A stretch of 64,000 bases of DNA from Candidatus Methylomirabilia bacterium (GTDB lineage: Bacteria > Methylomirabilota > Methylomirabilia > Rokubacteriales > CSP1-6), in the NCBI GenBank assembly GCA_041492755.1, contig JBGPXN010000004.1, forward strand, positions 1,373 to 65,372. The letters run 5' to 3'. How positions within the stretch are numbered: position 1 is the first letter of the stretch; every line of letters begins with the position of its first letter. Positions 10,611 to 18,768 of this stretch are shown here, piece after piece. The notes beneath the pieces are model-generated. The model was not told where the DNA came from. It saw nothing but the letters and a program-made list of their open reading frames with translations, and did no database searches. Both the position numbers and the translations under genes were made by a program.

Positions 10611-10734
10611 ATCCTTCGTTCACCGTGCCGTTCGTGACGTGGCTCCTCATGGGCTACTTCGAGTCCATCCGGTGTACAGGTATTTGCAGAAGTACATGGT
10701 GGAAGGTCTGACGGTCGGGAGCGTGAAGGGCTAG
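10611..10734 (+). pseudogene. relic of a carbohydrate ABC transporter permease (MalG/UgpE-type C-terminus)
   Basis: Frame A reads FTVPFVTWLLMGYFESI. Frame B, from 10669, reads PVYRYLQKYMVEGLTVGSVKG-stop (10732-10734), the typical permease C-terminal tail. About 60-70 aa between the two pieces and the whole N-terminus are missing. Confidence 0.5.
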
Positions 10735-10993
10735 CGCTCGCTCGGCACCGTCAGCCGCGACAGCGGCCTTGCCCACATGTCCACAGTTGTCCCCAACGCG
10801 AAAACCACACGGCTTGGTGCGGGCTCGCAGCCGGATAGCGGAAAAAGTGACGGAGTATCGGCACGCGCGAAGCGGCCCCTGAAATTCTCACGGAGCGACG
10901 CGAGAGAGTTGGTGCCGAGCCTCGCGCCGCCGCCTGCGACGCGGGCGCGCGCGTCGTTGACGTACCGGGTACGGACGCCTACCGTCCAGCGCC

Positions 10994-11383
10994 ATGGACA
11001 AAGCCACGGAAGCGCGGACAACCACGGAAGCGCGGATTCAAGCGGAGCTCGACGCCGAGCTCGACGCCGTGCTGGTGCGTCTGCGGCAGCTCGGGCAGGC
11101 GATCGCGGTCGAGGCCGAAACCACCGACAGCCTCGACCTCGCTGGCGATCTCTTCGACAACGCGCAGGCGGTGGAGACGCGCGAGCTGGGTCAGCTCGGA
11201 GTCGCGCGGCTCACCGAGCGGGCGCGTCGTCTGAAGACGGCGTTGGTCCGGCTGCAGGAGGGCGTCTACGGTCGGTGCGAGGAATGCGGGAAGCCGATCC
11301 CGCCGGCGCGGCTGCGCGCCATCCTCGGCGTCGCGACGTGCGTGGTGTGCCAGGAGGCGCTCGAGAGAGCCGGCGGCCGCTGA
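10994..11383 (+). CDS. TraR/DksA-family C4 zinc-finger protein
   Basis: C-terminal CEECGKPIPPARLRAILGVATCVVC (C-x2-C-x17-C-x2-C) after a coiled-coil region. Confidence 0.8.
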   Translation: MDKATEARTTTEARIQAELDAELDAVLVRLRQLGQAIAVEAETTDSLDLAGDLFDNAQAVETRELGQLGVARLTERARRLKTALVRLQEGVYGRCEECGKPIPPARLRAILGVATCVVCQEALERAGGR

Positions 11384-11456
11384 GCGACCTCGCGGGTGGC
11401 ATTCCCGCGCGCCATGCCGTATCCTGCTCGGAACCCCGCGTTATGAGGAGGAACGG

Positions 11457-11702
11457 ATGCCGCCGTCGGTGACCGTCTACAGCAACGTCGGGTGAGGGCC
11501 CTGCCATCGCGCGATGGAGTATCTATCGCGAAAAGGTGTCGCTTTCACCGAGAAGAACGTCGGTAAGGACCCGCAGGCCCGGCAGGAGCTGATGGAGCTC
11601 GGGACGCTGTCGTTGCCCGTGATCCTCATCGGTGACGCGCGCTTGACCGGCTTCAACCCCGGTCAGATCGACGCGGCGCTCACGGCGGCCGGCATCGGAT
11701 GA
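11457..11702 (+). CDS. glutaredoxin-like protein with probable selenocysteine (U-G-P-C redox motif, TGA at 11493..11495)
   Basis: GAGGAGG (11445-11451), 5 nt, ATG 11457, then MPPSVTVYSNVG-TGA-GPCHRA, which runs in frame into track ORF 11514..11702 (MEYLSRKGVAFTEKNV...). The track ORF alone lacks strand beta-1 and the CxxC motif. Confidence 0.7.
11504..11517 (+). promoter_or_regulatory. candidate SECIS-like hairpin 3' of TGA 11493
   Basis: CCATC-GCGC-GATGG (5-bp stem, 4-nt loop) starting 8 nt after the TGA. It is short, so support is weak. Confidence 0.35.
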
Positions 11703-12118
11703 GTGACGCGCCGGCCGGCCCCTCGCAGGCGAACATCGACAAGATGTGGGCGTACGCGCGCAAGTACGCCGAGAAGTCCGGCACCCAGCTGCATCCCGAT
11801 CGCAACGTGACCCAGACGGTGGCCGAGGGGCTCGCGCGCCACATCGAGCTGGTGGGCAAGCCGCTGTGCCCCTGCGTCTTCTATCCCGATCCCAAAGAAG
11901 AGGCGAAGCAGCGGCGATGGGTCTGCGCGTGCGACGAGATGCAGAATTACAAGTATTGCCACTGCCTGCTGTTCGTGAACAAGGACGGTGTTCCCATCAC
12001 GGAATACCTGCCCGAAGGCCACGAAGGCCGCGAAGCGTACGGCATCGTCAAGGATCCCAACCCTGAGCGGGGTCGAGGGATGGCAAAGGTGCGCGAGCGG
12101 CAGCAGGCGTCCGGCTAG
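11699..12118 (+). CDS. ferredoxin:thioredoxin reductase catalytic-subunit-like protein
   Basis: Exact Cys spacing CPC-X16-CAC-X8-CHC (CPCVFYPDPKEEAKQRRWVCACDEMQNYKYCHC). Its ATG overlaps the glutaredoxin-like stop (ATGA). Confidence 0.85.
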   Translation: MSDAPAGPSQANIDKMWAYARKYAEKSGTQLHPDRNVTQTVAEGLARHIELVGKPLCPCVFYPDPKEEAKQRRWVCACDEMQNYKYCHCLLFVNKDGVPITEYLPEGHEGREAYGIVKDPNPERGRGMAKVRERQQASG

Positions 12119-12306
12119 CTGCGGCTCGCTGGCCGGCGCCCCCGCAACGTCCAGGGGGGCGGGATCCCCAGGCCCCCCGGGTGGCCGTCTCGGCGCCCCA
12201 ATGACTAGTTGTTGACAGCCTGAGACTCCTGTAAAGTACGTCCACTTTTTTGCTGTGACCGTCCGCTCGATCCGTCCCGTTCGACCTGTGAGGGAGGGAA
12301 GACGAC

Positions 12307-13923
12307 ATGCGCTCACGACGTTTCCTGCAAGGCCTCCTCCTCTCGTTGTTCACGCTGACCTGGGTCCTCGCGCCGCCGGCCCCGGCCGGCGAAGCCCAGA
12401 CACCGAAACGTGGAGGCACGCTCCGTGTGAGCTACGGCAACGAGATCGCCAACCTCGATTTTCACACCGCGCCGGGCTACGAAATGATGTGGGTCGCCAT
12501 GAACGTCGGCTGCGGCCTCATCGACATCACGCCCGACGGGAAGTTCGTCGCGGACGCCGCCGACTCGTGGACGGTCTCGCCAGACAGCCTCCTGTATACC
12601 TTCAAGCTCAAGAAGAACGTCCTTTTCCATGACGGCACGCCGGTCGACGCCGCCGCCGTGAAATTCAGCATCGACCACCTCATGGACCCGAAGACGAAGT
12701 CGGGCATGCGGAGCTTCTACGACTCCGTGCACAGCGTCGAGGTTATGGATCCCCTGACCGTCCAGGTGCGCATGAAGCAGCCCTACGCCTTCTTCCTGCA
12801 CATGCTCGCGGCCTACCGCACGGGCCTCATCCTCTACTCGCCGACGGCGACGCAGAAGTTCACCATCGAGGACCGGAAGCAGGGCAAGCCGGGCGCGGTG
12901 GTGGGCTGCGGTCCCTTCAAGCTGGTCGAGTGGGTGAAGGGCAGCCACCTGGCCATGGAGCGGTTCGACAAGTACTTCGTGCCGGGGCGGCCGTACGTGG
13001 ACCGCATCCTCATCCGCGTGATCAAGGATCCGGTCACCGAGATGGCGGCCTTCAAGAATGGCGAGATCGACTTCATCGCTTCGTTCTCGCCCGAGCACGT
13101 CGACACCATGAAGGCGCAGGTTCCGAAAGCCCAGATCATGACCGGCAAGGAAACGACGCCCATGGTGGCGGCGATGAAGGTCACCGTCCCCAAGGACGGC
13201 AAGCCGATGTCCAAGGAGCGCGCGCCGCACCCGCTTTTCGGTGACCTTCGCGTGCGCAAGGCCGTCGGCTGCTACGGGATGGATCGCAACGAGATCGTGA
13301 AGATCGCCTTCAAGGGCAAGGCGACGCCCTGGCTCGGGATGGCGCCTCCGGGGACGCTGGAATCAGTGGACCTCAACGCCATGTGCCCCTACGACCCCGC
13401 GAAAGCCAAGGCGCTGCTGGCCGAGGTGGGCTACGGCCCGCAGAAGCCGCTGACGTTCGAGGTCATGGCCGACACCGAGAAGTCGGTGTTCAACGTGATC
13501 GCCACCGTCATCAAGGAGCAGATGGCGCGGATCGGTGTGACGGCAAACATCCGGGTGCTGGACAAGGTGAGCTGGATGAACACGACCCTGCAGGACGGGC
13601 CGTGGGACATGTACGTCGAGGACCTCCTGTCGCTGCTCACGATCGACAGCAACGGGTACCTGTCGAACAGCACGTCGACCTGGAGTCACCCGCGCCACAA
13701 CGACACGAAGGTGGACGACTACTACGCGCGGTACGCGAGGGAGATTGACCCGGCCAAGCGCAAGGCCATCGGCAAGGAGCTGCTGGAGTACATGGCCGAC
13801 AAGATGTACTGGAACAACGTCTCGGGCTCGCCGTTCTACATGGTCGCCCAGCCGTGGGTGAAGGGCTACACGTACAACGCCGAGTTCGAGGTGCACTGGG
13901 ACACCGTCTGGCTCGACAAGTAA
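12307..13923 (+). CDS. ABC transporter substrate-binding protein, family 5 (peptide/nickel, DppA/OppA-like)
   Basis: Signal peptide MRSRRFLQGLLLSLFTLTWVLAPPAPAGEA. 538-aa SBP-5-type sequence (GGTLRV, WTVSPDSLLYTFKLKKNVLFHDG). Confidence 0.9.
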   Translation: MRSRRFLQGLLLSLFTLTWVLAPPAPAGEAQTPKRGGTLRVSYGNEIANLDFHTAPGYEMMWVAMNVGCGLIDITPDGKFVADAADSWTVSPDSLLYTFKLKKNVLFHDGTPVDAAAVKFSIDHLMDPKTKSGMRSFYDSVHSVEVMDPLTVQVRMKQPYAFFLHMLAAYRTGLILYSPTATQKFTIEDRKQGKPGAVVGCGPFKLVEWVKGSHLAMERFDKYFVPGRPYVDRILIRVIKDPVTEMAAFKNGEIDFIASFSPEHVDTMKAQVPKAQIMTGKETTPMVAAMKVTVPKDGKPMSKERAPHPLFGDLRVRKAVGCYGMDRNEIVKIAFKGKATPWLGMAPPGTLESVDLNAMCPYDPAKAKALLAEVGYGPQKPLTFEVMADTEKSVFNVIATVIKEQMARIGVTANIRVLDKVSWMNTTLQDGPWDMYVEDLLSLLTIDSNGYLSNSTSTWSHPRHNDTKVDDYYARYAREIDPAKRKAIGKELLEYMADKMYWNNVSGSPFYMVAQPWVKGYTYNAEFEVHWDTVWLDK

Positions 13924-13938
13924 CCAAGGGACTGGGCG

Positions 13939-13970
13939 CGGCGCCCGCCACCCCGCGGTGGCGGGCGCCG
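13939..13970 (+). terminator. 13-bp GC stem-loop between the binding-protein and permease genes (intercistronic attenuator or stabiliser)
   Basis: CGGCGCCCGCCAC-CCCGCG-GTGGCGGGCGCCG is a perfect inverted repeat, 16 nt after the stop at 13921-13923. No T-tract. Confidence 0.5.
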
Positions 13971-13987
13971 CGAACTCGGAGCGACCG

Positions 13988-14962
13988 ATGCGCGTCTACA
14001 TCCTGAAGCGACTGTTCCAGATCGTCCCGACGATCCTCATGATCACGTTCGTGGTCTTTCTCATGATGCTTTCGATCCCGGGCGACCCCGTCGTGGCCCT
14101 TCTCGGCGACGCCTACACCCAGGAAGATGCGGTCAAGGTCCGAGAAGCCTACGGGCTCGACAGGCCCGCCGTCGTGCAGTACTTCATCTGGCTCGGCAAG
14201 CTGGTCCGGGGCGACTGGGGCACGTCGATCCTGAGCGGGCGGCCCGTCCTGAACGACGTGCTCGTCCGCCTGCCGGTCACGCTCGAGCTGATCGTGCTGT
14301 CGATGGCGGTCGCGCTGCTGATCTCGATCCCGGCCGCCATCATCGGAGCATTGCGGCAGAACACGTGGGCCGACTACATGGCGACGACGGTCGCCATGGT
14401 CGGCGTCTCCATTCCCGAGTTCTTCATCGGCGTCCTGCTCCTCCTCGTCTTCTCGATCGGCCTGGGGGGGGTCCTGCCGAGCTCGGGCTGGGTGTACTTG
14501 CCGGGCACCTGCCCGATGATGGTGTGTGGGGTGAGCCTCTGGGGGAACATGCAGCACGTCTTGATGCCCGCCTTCGCGCTCGGGGTGGGGCGGGCCGCCC
14601 TCCTGACGCGCCTCCTGCGGGCCAGCATGCTGGAGGTGATCCGCACCGAGTACGTCACGACCGCGCGGGCCAAGGGGCTGAGCGAGGGTCCCGTCGTGTT
14701 CAAGCACGCGCTGAAGAACGCGCTGATCCCCACCGTGACCGTCATGGGGCTCCAGGTCGGATTCCTCATCGGAGGCGCGATCGTGGTGGAGACGCTGTTC
14801 GCCATGCCCGGCCTCGGCACGTTCGGGATCGACGCCATCATCGCGCGCGACTACCAGCAGGTGCAAGGCTTCGCGCTGATCACGGCGGTCGCCTTCGTGG
14901 TGATGAATCTGCTCGTCGACCTCACCTACACGTTCCTGGATCCCAGGATCCGATACGCTTGA
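13988..14962 (+). CDS. ABC transporter permease (DppB/OppB-like)
   Basis: MRVYILKRLFQIVPTILMITFVVF N-terminus typical of DppB. EAA-like region in the C-terminal half. Confidence 0.9.
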   Translation: MRVYILKRLFQIVPTILMITFVVFLMMLSIPGDPVVALLGDAYTQEDAVKVREAYGLDRPAVVQYFIWLGKLVRGDWGTSILSGRPVLNDVLVRLPVTLELIVLSMAVALLISIPAAIIGALRQNTWADYMATTVAMVGVSIPEFFIGVLLLLVFSIGLGGVLPSSGWVYLPGTCPMMVCGVSLWGNMQHVLMPAFALGVGRAALLTRLLRASMLEVIRTEYVTTARAKGLSEGPVVFKHALKNALIPTVTVMGLQVGFLIGGAIVVETLFAMPGLGTFGIDAIIARDYQQVQGFALITAVAFVVMNLLVDLTYTFLDPRIRYA

Positions 14963-14970
14963 GGAGGACC

Positions 14971-15936
14971 ATGGCGAACGGGAGAGAGCCCGTAGGCGCA
15001 AAGCCGATCAGTGGAGGAAGCTTGCGCGAGGTCGAGCTCCCGGTCGTCGCGGAGATCGGCCTGCGGGCGCGGGAGACGCGTACGGAGTCGCCGTTCGCGG
15101 AGGGCGTTCGACGCCTCCGCAAGAGCGCGACCGCGCTCGTCGGCCTCGCCATCGTCCTGGTGCTGATCGTCGTTGCGCTCTTCGCCGACGTGCTGGCGCC
15201 CGGGAGCCCGACCGCCAGCGACCAGACGCAGACGTTCGCGCGCCCGAGCTGGGACCATCCGCTCGGCACCGACCAGCTCGGGCGCGACATGCTTTCCCGC
15301 GTCATCCACGGCACCCGGATCTCGCTGCTGGTCGGCGTGTCGTCGGTGGTGCTCGCGCTCTTCGTCGGTGTGCCGTTCGGGATGATCGCCGGGTTCTACG
15401 GCGGCCGCATCGACAGCGTGGTGATGCGGGTCATGGATCTCATCCTGGCCTTCCCGATCTACCTGCTCGCGATCATTCTGATGGTGATCTTCGCGCCCAC
15501 GGCCGGGCTGATCGGGACGATGAAGGTCACGGGCGCCATCGCGATCGTGCGGATTCCGATCTACGCGCGCCTCGTTCGCGGCAGCGTGCTCTCGATCAAG
15601 GAGAAGGAGTACATCGAGGCGTGCCGCGCGCTCGGGGTGCGCGATCCGTGGATCCTCTTCCGGCACGTCCTGCCCAACTGCCTGGCGCCGATCATCGTGA
15701 CCACCACCCTCGGCATCGCGACCTCCATCATCGTGGAGGCGACTCTCTCATTCCTGGGGCTGGGCACGCAGCCGCCGACGCCGAGCTGGGGGTGGGACCT
15801 CAAGGCCAACGTGGCGTTCATCCAGGCCAACGCCTGGCTGTCGCTCTTTCCCGGCCTCGCCATCTTCCTGACCGTGCTCGGCTTCAACCTGTTCGGCGAC
15901 GGCCTTCGCGACGCCCTGGATCCGCGGCTGAAGTAG
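14971..15936 (+). CDS. ABC transporter permease (DppC/OppC-like)
   Basis: GAGGAGG then ATG 14971. Motifs HPLGTDQLGRDMLSRVIHG and YIEACRALG. Lies in the frame of spurious ORF 14365..15936. Confidence 0.9.
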   Translation: MANGREPVGAKPISGGSLREVELPVVAEIGLRARETRTESPFAEGVRRLRKSATALVGLAIVLVLIVVALFADVLAPGSPTASDQTQTFARPSWDHPLGTDQLGRDMLSRVIHGTRISLLVGVSSVVLALFVGVPFGMIAGFYGGRIDSVVMRVMDLILAFPIYLLAIILMVIFAPTAGLIGTMKVTGAIAIVRIPIYARLVRGSVLSIKEKEYIEACRALGVRDPWILFRHVLPNCLAPIIVTTTLGIATSIIVEATLSFLGLGTQPPTPSWGWDLKANVAFIQANAWLSLFPGLAIFLTVLGFNLFGDGLRDALDPRLK

Positions 15937-15960
15937 GACGTCGGTGGTGGGGACCGTCGG

Positions 15961-15980
15961 CGTCCGTCACGTCACGGACG
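15961..15980. terminator. hairpin between convergent genes
   Basis: CGTCCGT-CACGTC-ACGGACG lies between the dppC-like stop (15936) and the LLM stop (16002). Confidence 0.35.
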
Positions 15981-16001
15981 CGACGGGCTGGTCGAGGACG
16001 G

Positions 16002-16550
16002 TCAGGCTCTCTGGAGCTTCGGCATGACCTCGCGGGCGAACGCGCCGAGTTGCTCGAGCATGACCGACTTCGGCGTGCCCATGTCGACCTGCTCTTCGAA
16101 CAGCTCGCGGTTGGCGTCGGCGTCCAGCATGGGGGCGCCGAACGTCTCGACCTCGCGGGTGTGATAGCCGCGGCCCACCCCGAAGATGGTGCGGCCGCCG
16201 GTCAGGATGTCGGCGGTGGCGTAGTCCTCGGCGAGGCGCAACGGGTGCCACATCGGCGTGATGTTGAAGCCGCAGCCGAATTTGAGCCGCCGCGTCACGT
16301 GCGAGAGGTGGACGGCGACCATGAGGATGTTGGGGATCGCCTCGTAGCCCTCGTGCTGGAAGTGATGCTCGGCGAGCCAGAGCGCGTAGTACCCCAGATC
16401 GTCCATCGTGCGGGCGAGGGCCTCGGTCTTCTCGAATACGGACGCCAGGTGCTCGTTCGAGTACCGCCGCTCGTTGGCCGGGGTGGCGTCCTGGCCCATG
16501 TCGCCGAGGTCGACGTGGCCGGCATAGAGGGTGGAGAACTTGGTGATCAT
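16002..16550 (-). CDS. luciferase-like (LLM) flavin/F420-dependent oxidoreductase, abnormally short (apparent internal in-frame deletion)
   Basis: The N-terminal ~155 aa are typical LLM (YYALWLAEHHFQHEGYEAIPN, GGRTIFGVGRGYH). The sequence then jumps to a typical LLM C-terminal tail (GTPKSVMLEQLGAFAREVMPKL). 182 aa against my expected ~330-370. Confidence 0.6.
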   Translation of the reverse strand: MITKFSTLYAGHVDLGDMGQDATPANERRYSNEHLASVFEKTEALARTMDDLGYYALWLAEHHFQHEGYEAIPNILMVAVHLSHVTRRLKFGCGFNITPMWHPLRLAEDYATADILTGGRTIFGVGRGYHTREVETFGAPMLDADANRELFEEQVDMGTPKSVMLEQLGAFAREVMPKLQRA

Positions 16551-16581
16551 GATCGCTCCCTCGCCGTCGTGGCCGGCGCGC

Positions 16582-17355
16582 TCACGTCGCGTACGACGGA
16601 TCGATCCGGTCGAGCCGCCGCCGCAAGCCCGGCCACACCAGATCGCCGCGGCTGCCGCGGGGCCGACTGGCGACGCGCGCGTAGGCGTCGTCCATGATCT
16701 CCTTGCCGACCGGGATCAGCTCGCCGCCGCCGGCCTGGGCCCGCACCTGGATGGCGCAGGACGCTTCGAGGTAGTACATCGCGACGAACGCCTCGGCCAC
16801 CGTCTCCCCCACCGTGAGCAGGCCGTGGTTCCTCAAGATCAGGAACGTGTTGTCACCGAGGTCGGCCACCAGCCGTGGCTTCTCGTCGTCGTTCAGGGCC
16901 GGGCCCTCGAAGTCGTGGTAGCCCAGGCTCGGCAGAACGAAGATCGAGTGCTGCGAGATCGGCTGCAAGCCGGCGCGCTGGGTGGAGACGGCCACGCCGT
17001 TTACGGTGTGGGTGTGGAGCACGCAGCGCGCGTCGTGGCGGGCGGCGTGGATGGCGCTGTGGATGATGAAGCCTGCCGGGTTCACCGGGAACGGCGACTC
17101 GTCGAGCTTGTTCCCGTGCAGGTCGATCTTCACCAGGCTGGAGGCGGTGATCTCGTCGAAGAACATCCCGTACGGGTTGATGAGGAACTGGTCCTCGGTG
17201 CCCGGGATGCGGGCGGTGATGTGAGTGAACACCAGGTCGCTCCACCCATGCTGGGCCACCAGCCGGTAGCAGGCGGCCAGATCCACCCGCACCGCCCATT
17301 CATCCGCCGACACCTTGTCCTTCAGAGACGGGACGTTCGACGCCGAAGCCGTCAT
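16582..17355 (-). CDS. class II aldolase/adducin-family protein
   Basis: GGAGAG RBS. Motifs HITARIPG, HSAIHAAR, VLHTHT, ILRNHGLLTVG. Confidence 0.85.
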   Translation of the reverse strand: MTASASNVPSLKDKVSADEWAVRVDLAACYRLVAQHGWSDLVFTHITARIPGTEDQFLINPYGMFFDEITASSLVKIDLHGNKLDESPFPVNPAGFIIHSAIHAARHDARCVLHTHTVNGVAVSTQRAGLQPISQHSIFVLPSLGYHDFEGPALNDDEKPRLVADLGDNTFLILRNHGLLTVGETVAEAFVAMYYLEASCAIQVRAQAGGGELIPVGKEIMDDAYARVASRPRGSRGDLVWPGLRRRLDRIDPSYAT

Positions 17356-17530
17356 GCGTGATCTCTCCTACGGGTTGATGTGGATGGGAACGGTAAGAAG
17401 ACTACCGCGGCCAGGAAAGAAGGGCTAGACCCTCCTTTCGAGCGCGGGCCGGCTGCCGTAACAGAGCGAGGGCGGCGATGCCCCTTGACCGGGCCGCCCC
17501 GTTGCGATATCCACGGCGCGGGGAGCGCAA

Positions 17531-17638
17531 ATGGGACGGAGTGACATCGACATCGCACGCGCGGCGCGGCTCGAGCCCGTCACCGCGTTCGCTCGTGGGC
17601 TCGGCCTCGACGAATCAGAGCTGCATCCGTCGCAGTGA
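17531..17638 (+). pseudogene. relic of the N-terminus of formate-tetrahydrofolate ligase (Fhs)
   Basis: The 35-codon ORF MGRSDIDIARAARLEPVTAFARGLGLDESELHPSQ-stop matches the conserved Fhs start (SDIEIAQ.A.L.PI..IA..LGL....L) and then terminates. Confidence 0.5.
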
Positions 17639-17650
17639 GAGGATAACAAC

Positions 17651-18580
17651 ATGCGTATCGTCGTCCATGGGCAGCAGGCGTTCGGGAAAAGCGTGCTGGA
17701 AGCTCTGGTGGAGCGAGGCGAAGACGTCATCGCCGTCTACTGTGCCCCGGAGCCAACGCAGGGGGCAGCGAGAATCGATCCGCTCAAGGAGGCCGCGCTC
17801 GCCCGGAGCCTTCCCGTCTATCATCCACGATCCTTTCGCAACAAACCCGAGGTGTGGGAGGAATTCGCGCAACTCAAGGCGGACCTCTGCGTCATGGCCT
17901 ATGTCACCCTCCTGGTGCCCGAGGAAGTGCTCAATCTGCCCACGCTGGGCACGATCCAGTACCATCCATCCTTGCTCCCCCGACACCGCGGCCCCAGCTC
18001 CATCAACTGGCCGATCCTCCGGGGAGAGACGCACACCGGGCTGAGCATCTTCTGGCCCGATCGCGGCCTCGATACCGGACCGATCTTGCTCCAGAAGGAA
18101 GTCGAGATCCTGGACTCCGACACGCTGGGCAGTCTCTATTTCGATCGGCTGTACCCGCTCGGTGTCACGGCGCTGCTCGAAGCCGTCGATCTGGTGCGTG
18201 CCGGCAAAGCGCCGAAAATCCCGCAGGACGAGAGCCAGGCCACCTATGAAGGGTGGTGCAAGCCGGAGCACGTCCAGGTCGACTGGCGGAAGCCGCTTCA
18301 AGAGATTTGGAACATGATCCGCGGCGCGGATCCACAACCGGGTGCGTGGACCACGTACAAGGGAACGACCGTACAGCTTTTCGATGCGAAGAAGTTCGTT
18401 GGTGTAGCTGCCGGTCAGCCGGGAGAAGTAACGGCCGTCGAGGATGCAGGATTGAAAGTCGCGGTCACCGGCGGACAAATCCTGGTACACCGCGTACGTC
18501 CCGAGGGTGGTCAAAAAGTCGGTGCTGGAGCGTTTGCCAGAAGTGCGGGGTTGGCTCCCGGCGTGAAACTGGGTGGCTGA
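17651..18580 (+). CDS. formyltransferase-family protein resembling the N-terminal hydrolase domain of 10-formyl-THF dehydrogenase
   Basis: YHPSLLPRHRGPSSINWPILRGETHTGLSIFWPDRGLDTGPILLQKEVEI and GKAPKIPQDESQATYEGW align with the FDH N-domain as I remember it. Confidence 0.85.
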   Translation: MRIVVHGQQAFGKSVLEALVERGEDVIAVYCAPEPTQGAARIDPLKEAALARSLPVYHPRSFRNKPEVWEEFAQLKADLCVMAYVTLLVPEEVLNLPTLGTIQYHPSLLPRHRGPSSINWPILRGETHTGLSIFWPDRGLDTGPILLQKEVEILDSDTLGSLYFDRLYPLGVTALLEAVDLVRAGKAPKIPQDESQATYEGWCKPEHVQVDWRKPLQEIWNMIRGADPQPGAWTTYKGTTVQLFDAKKFVGVAAGQPGEVTAVEDAGLKVAVTGGQILVHRVRPEGGQKVGAGAFARSAGLAPGVKLGG

Positions 18581-18631
18581 GGAAGCGCGCCCGTCATCGG
18601 CCGGCCAGCTGTACTACCGTGGCATCGTCAG

Positions 18632-18656
18632 GTCCACCGGCTCCGTTCCGGTGGAC
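18632..18656 (+). terminator. stem-loop after the formyltransferase gene
   Basis: GTCCACCGG-CTCCGTT-CCGGTGGAC (9-bp stem), followed by CTTCATCC. Confidence 0.45.
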
Positions 18657-18768
18657 CTTCATCCGTCAGGATCTGGCCGCGCGCCTGACCACGCTCGTGG
18701 CCAGGCATCGCCTGGTCGCCGCCTGATGCATGACGAGCGATACGTCACGGCAATTGCGAGGAGGAGTA

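Noticed and set aside
11514-11702. Taking the track ORF (ATG 11514) as the true start of the glutaredoxin-like gene
   Set aside because: No RBS precedes 11514, and the product would lack strand beta-1 and the redox motif. The upstream in-frame RBS, ATG and TGA-GPC arrangement explains the sequence better. A plain nonsense pseudogene cannot be fully excluded without the sel genes.
12212-12237. TTGACA ... TAAAGT upstream of the dppA-like gene as a sigma-70 promoter
   Set aside because: The spacer is only 14 nt, outside the usual 16-18 nt, and there is no supporting evidence.
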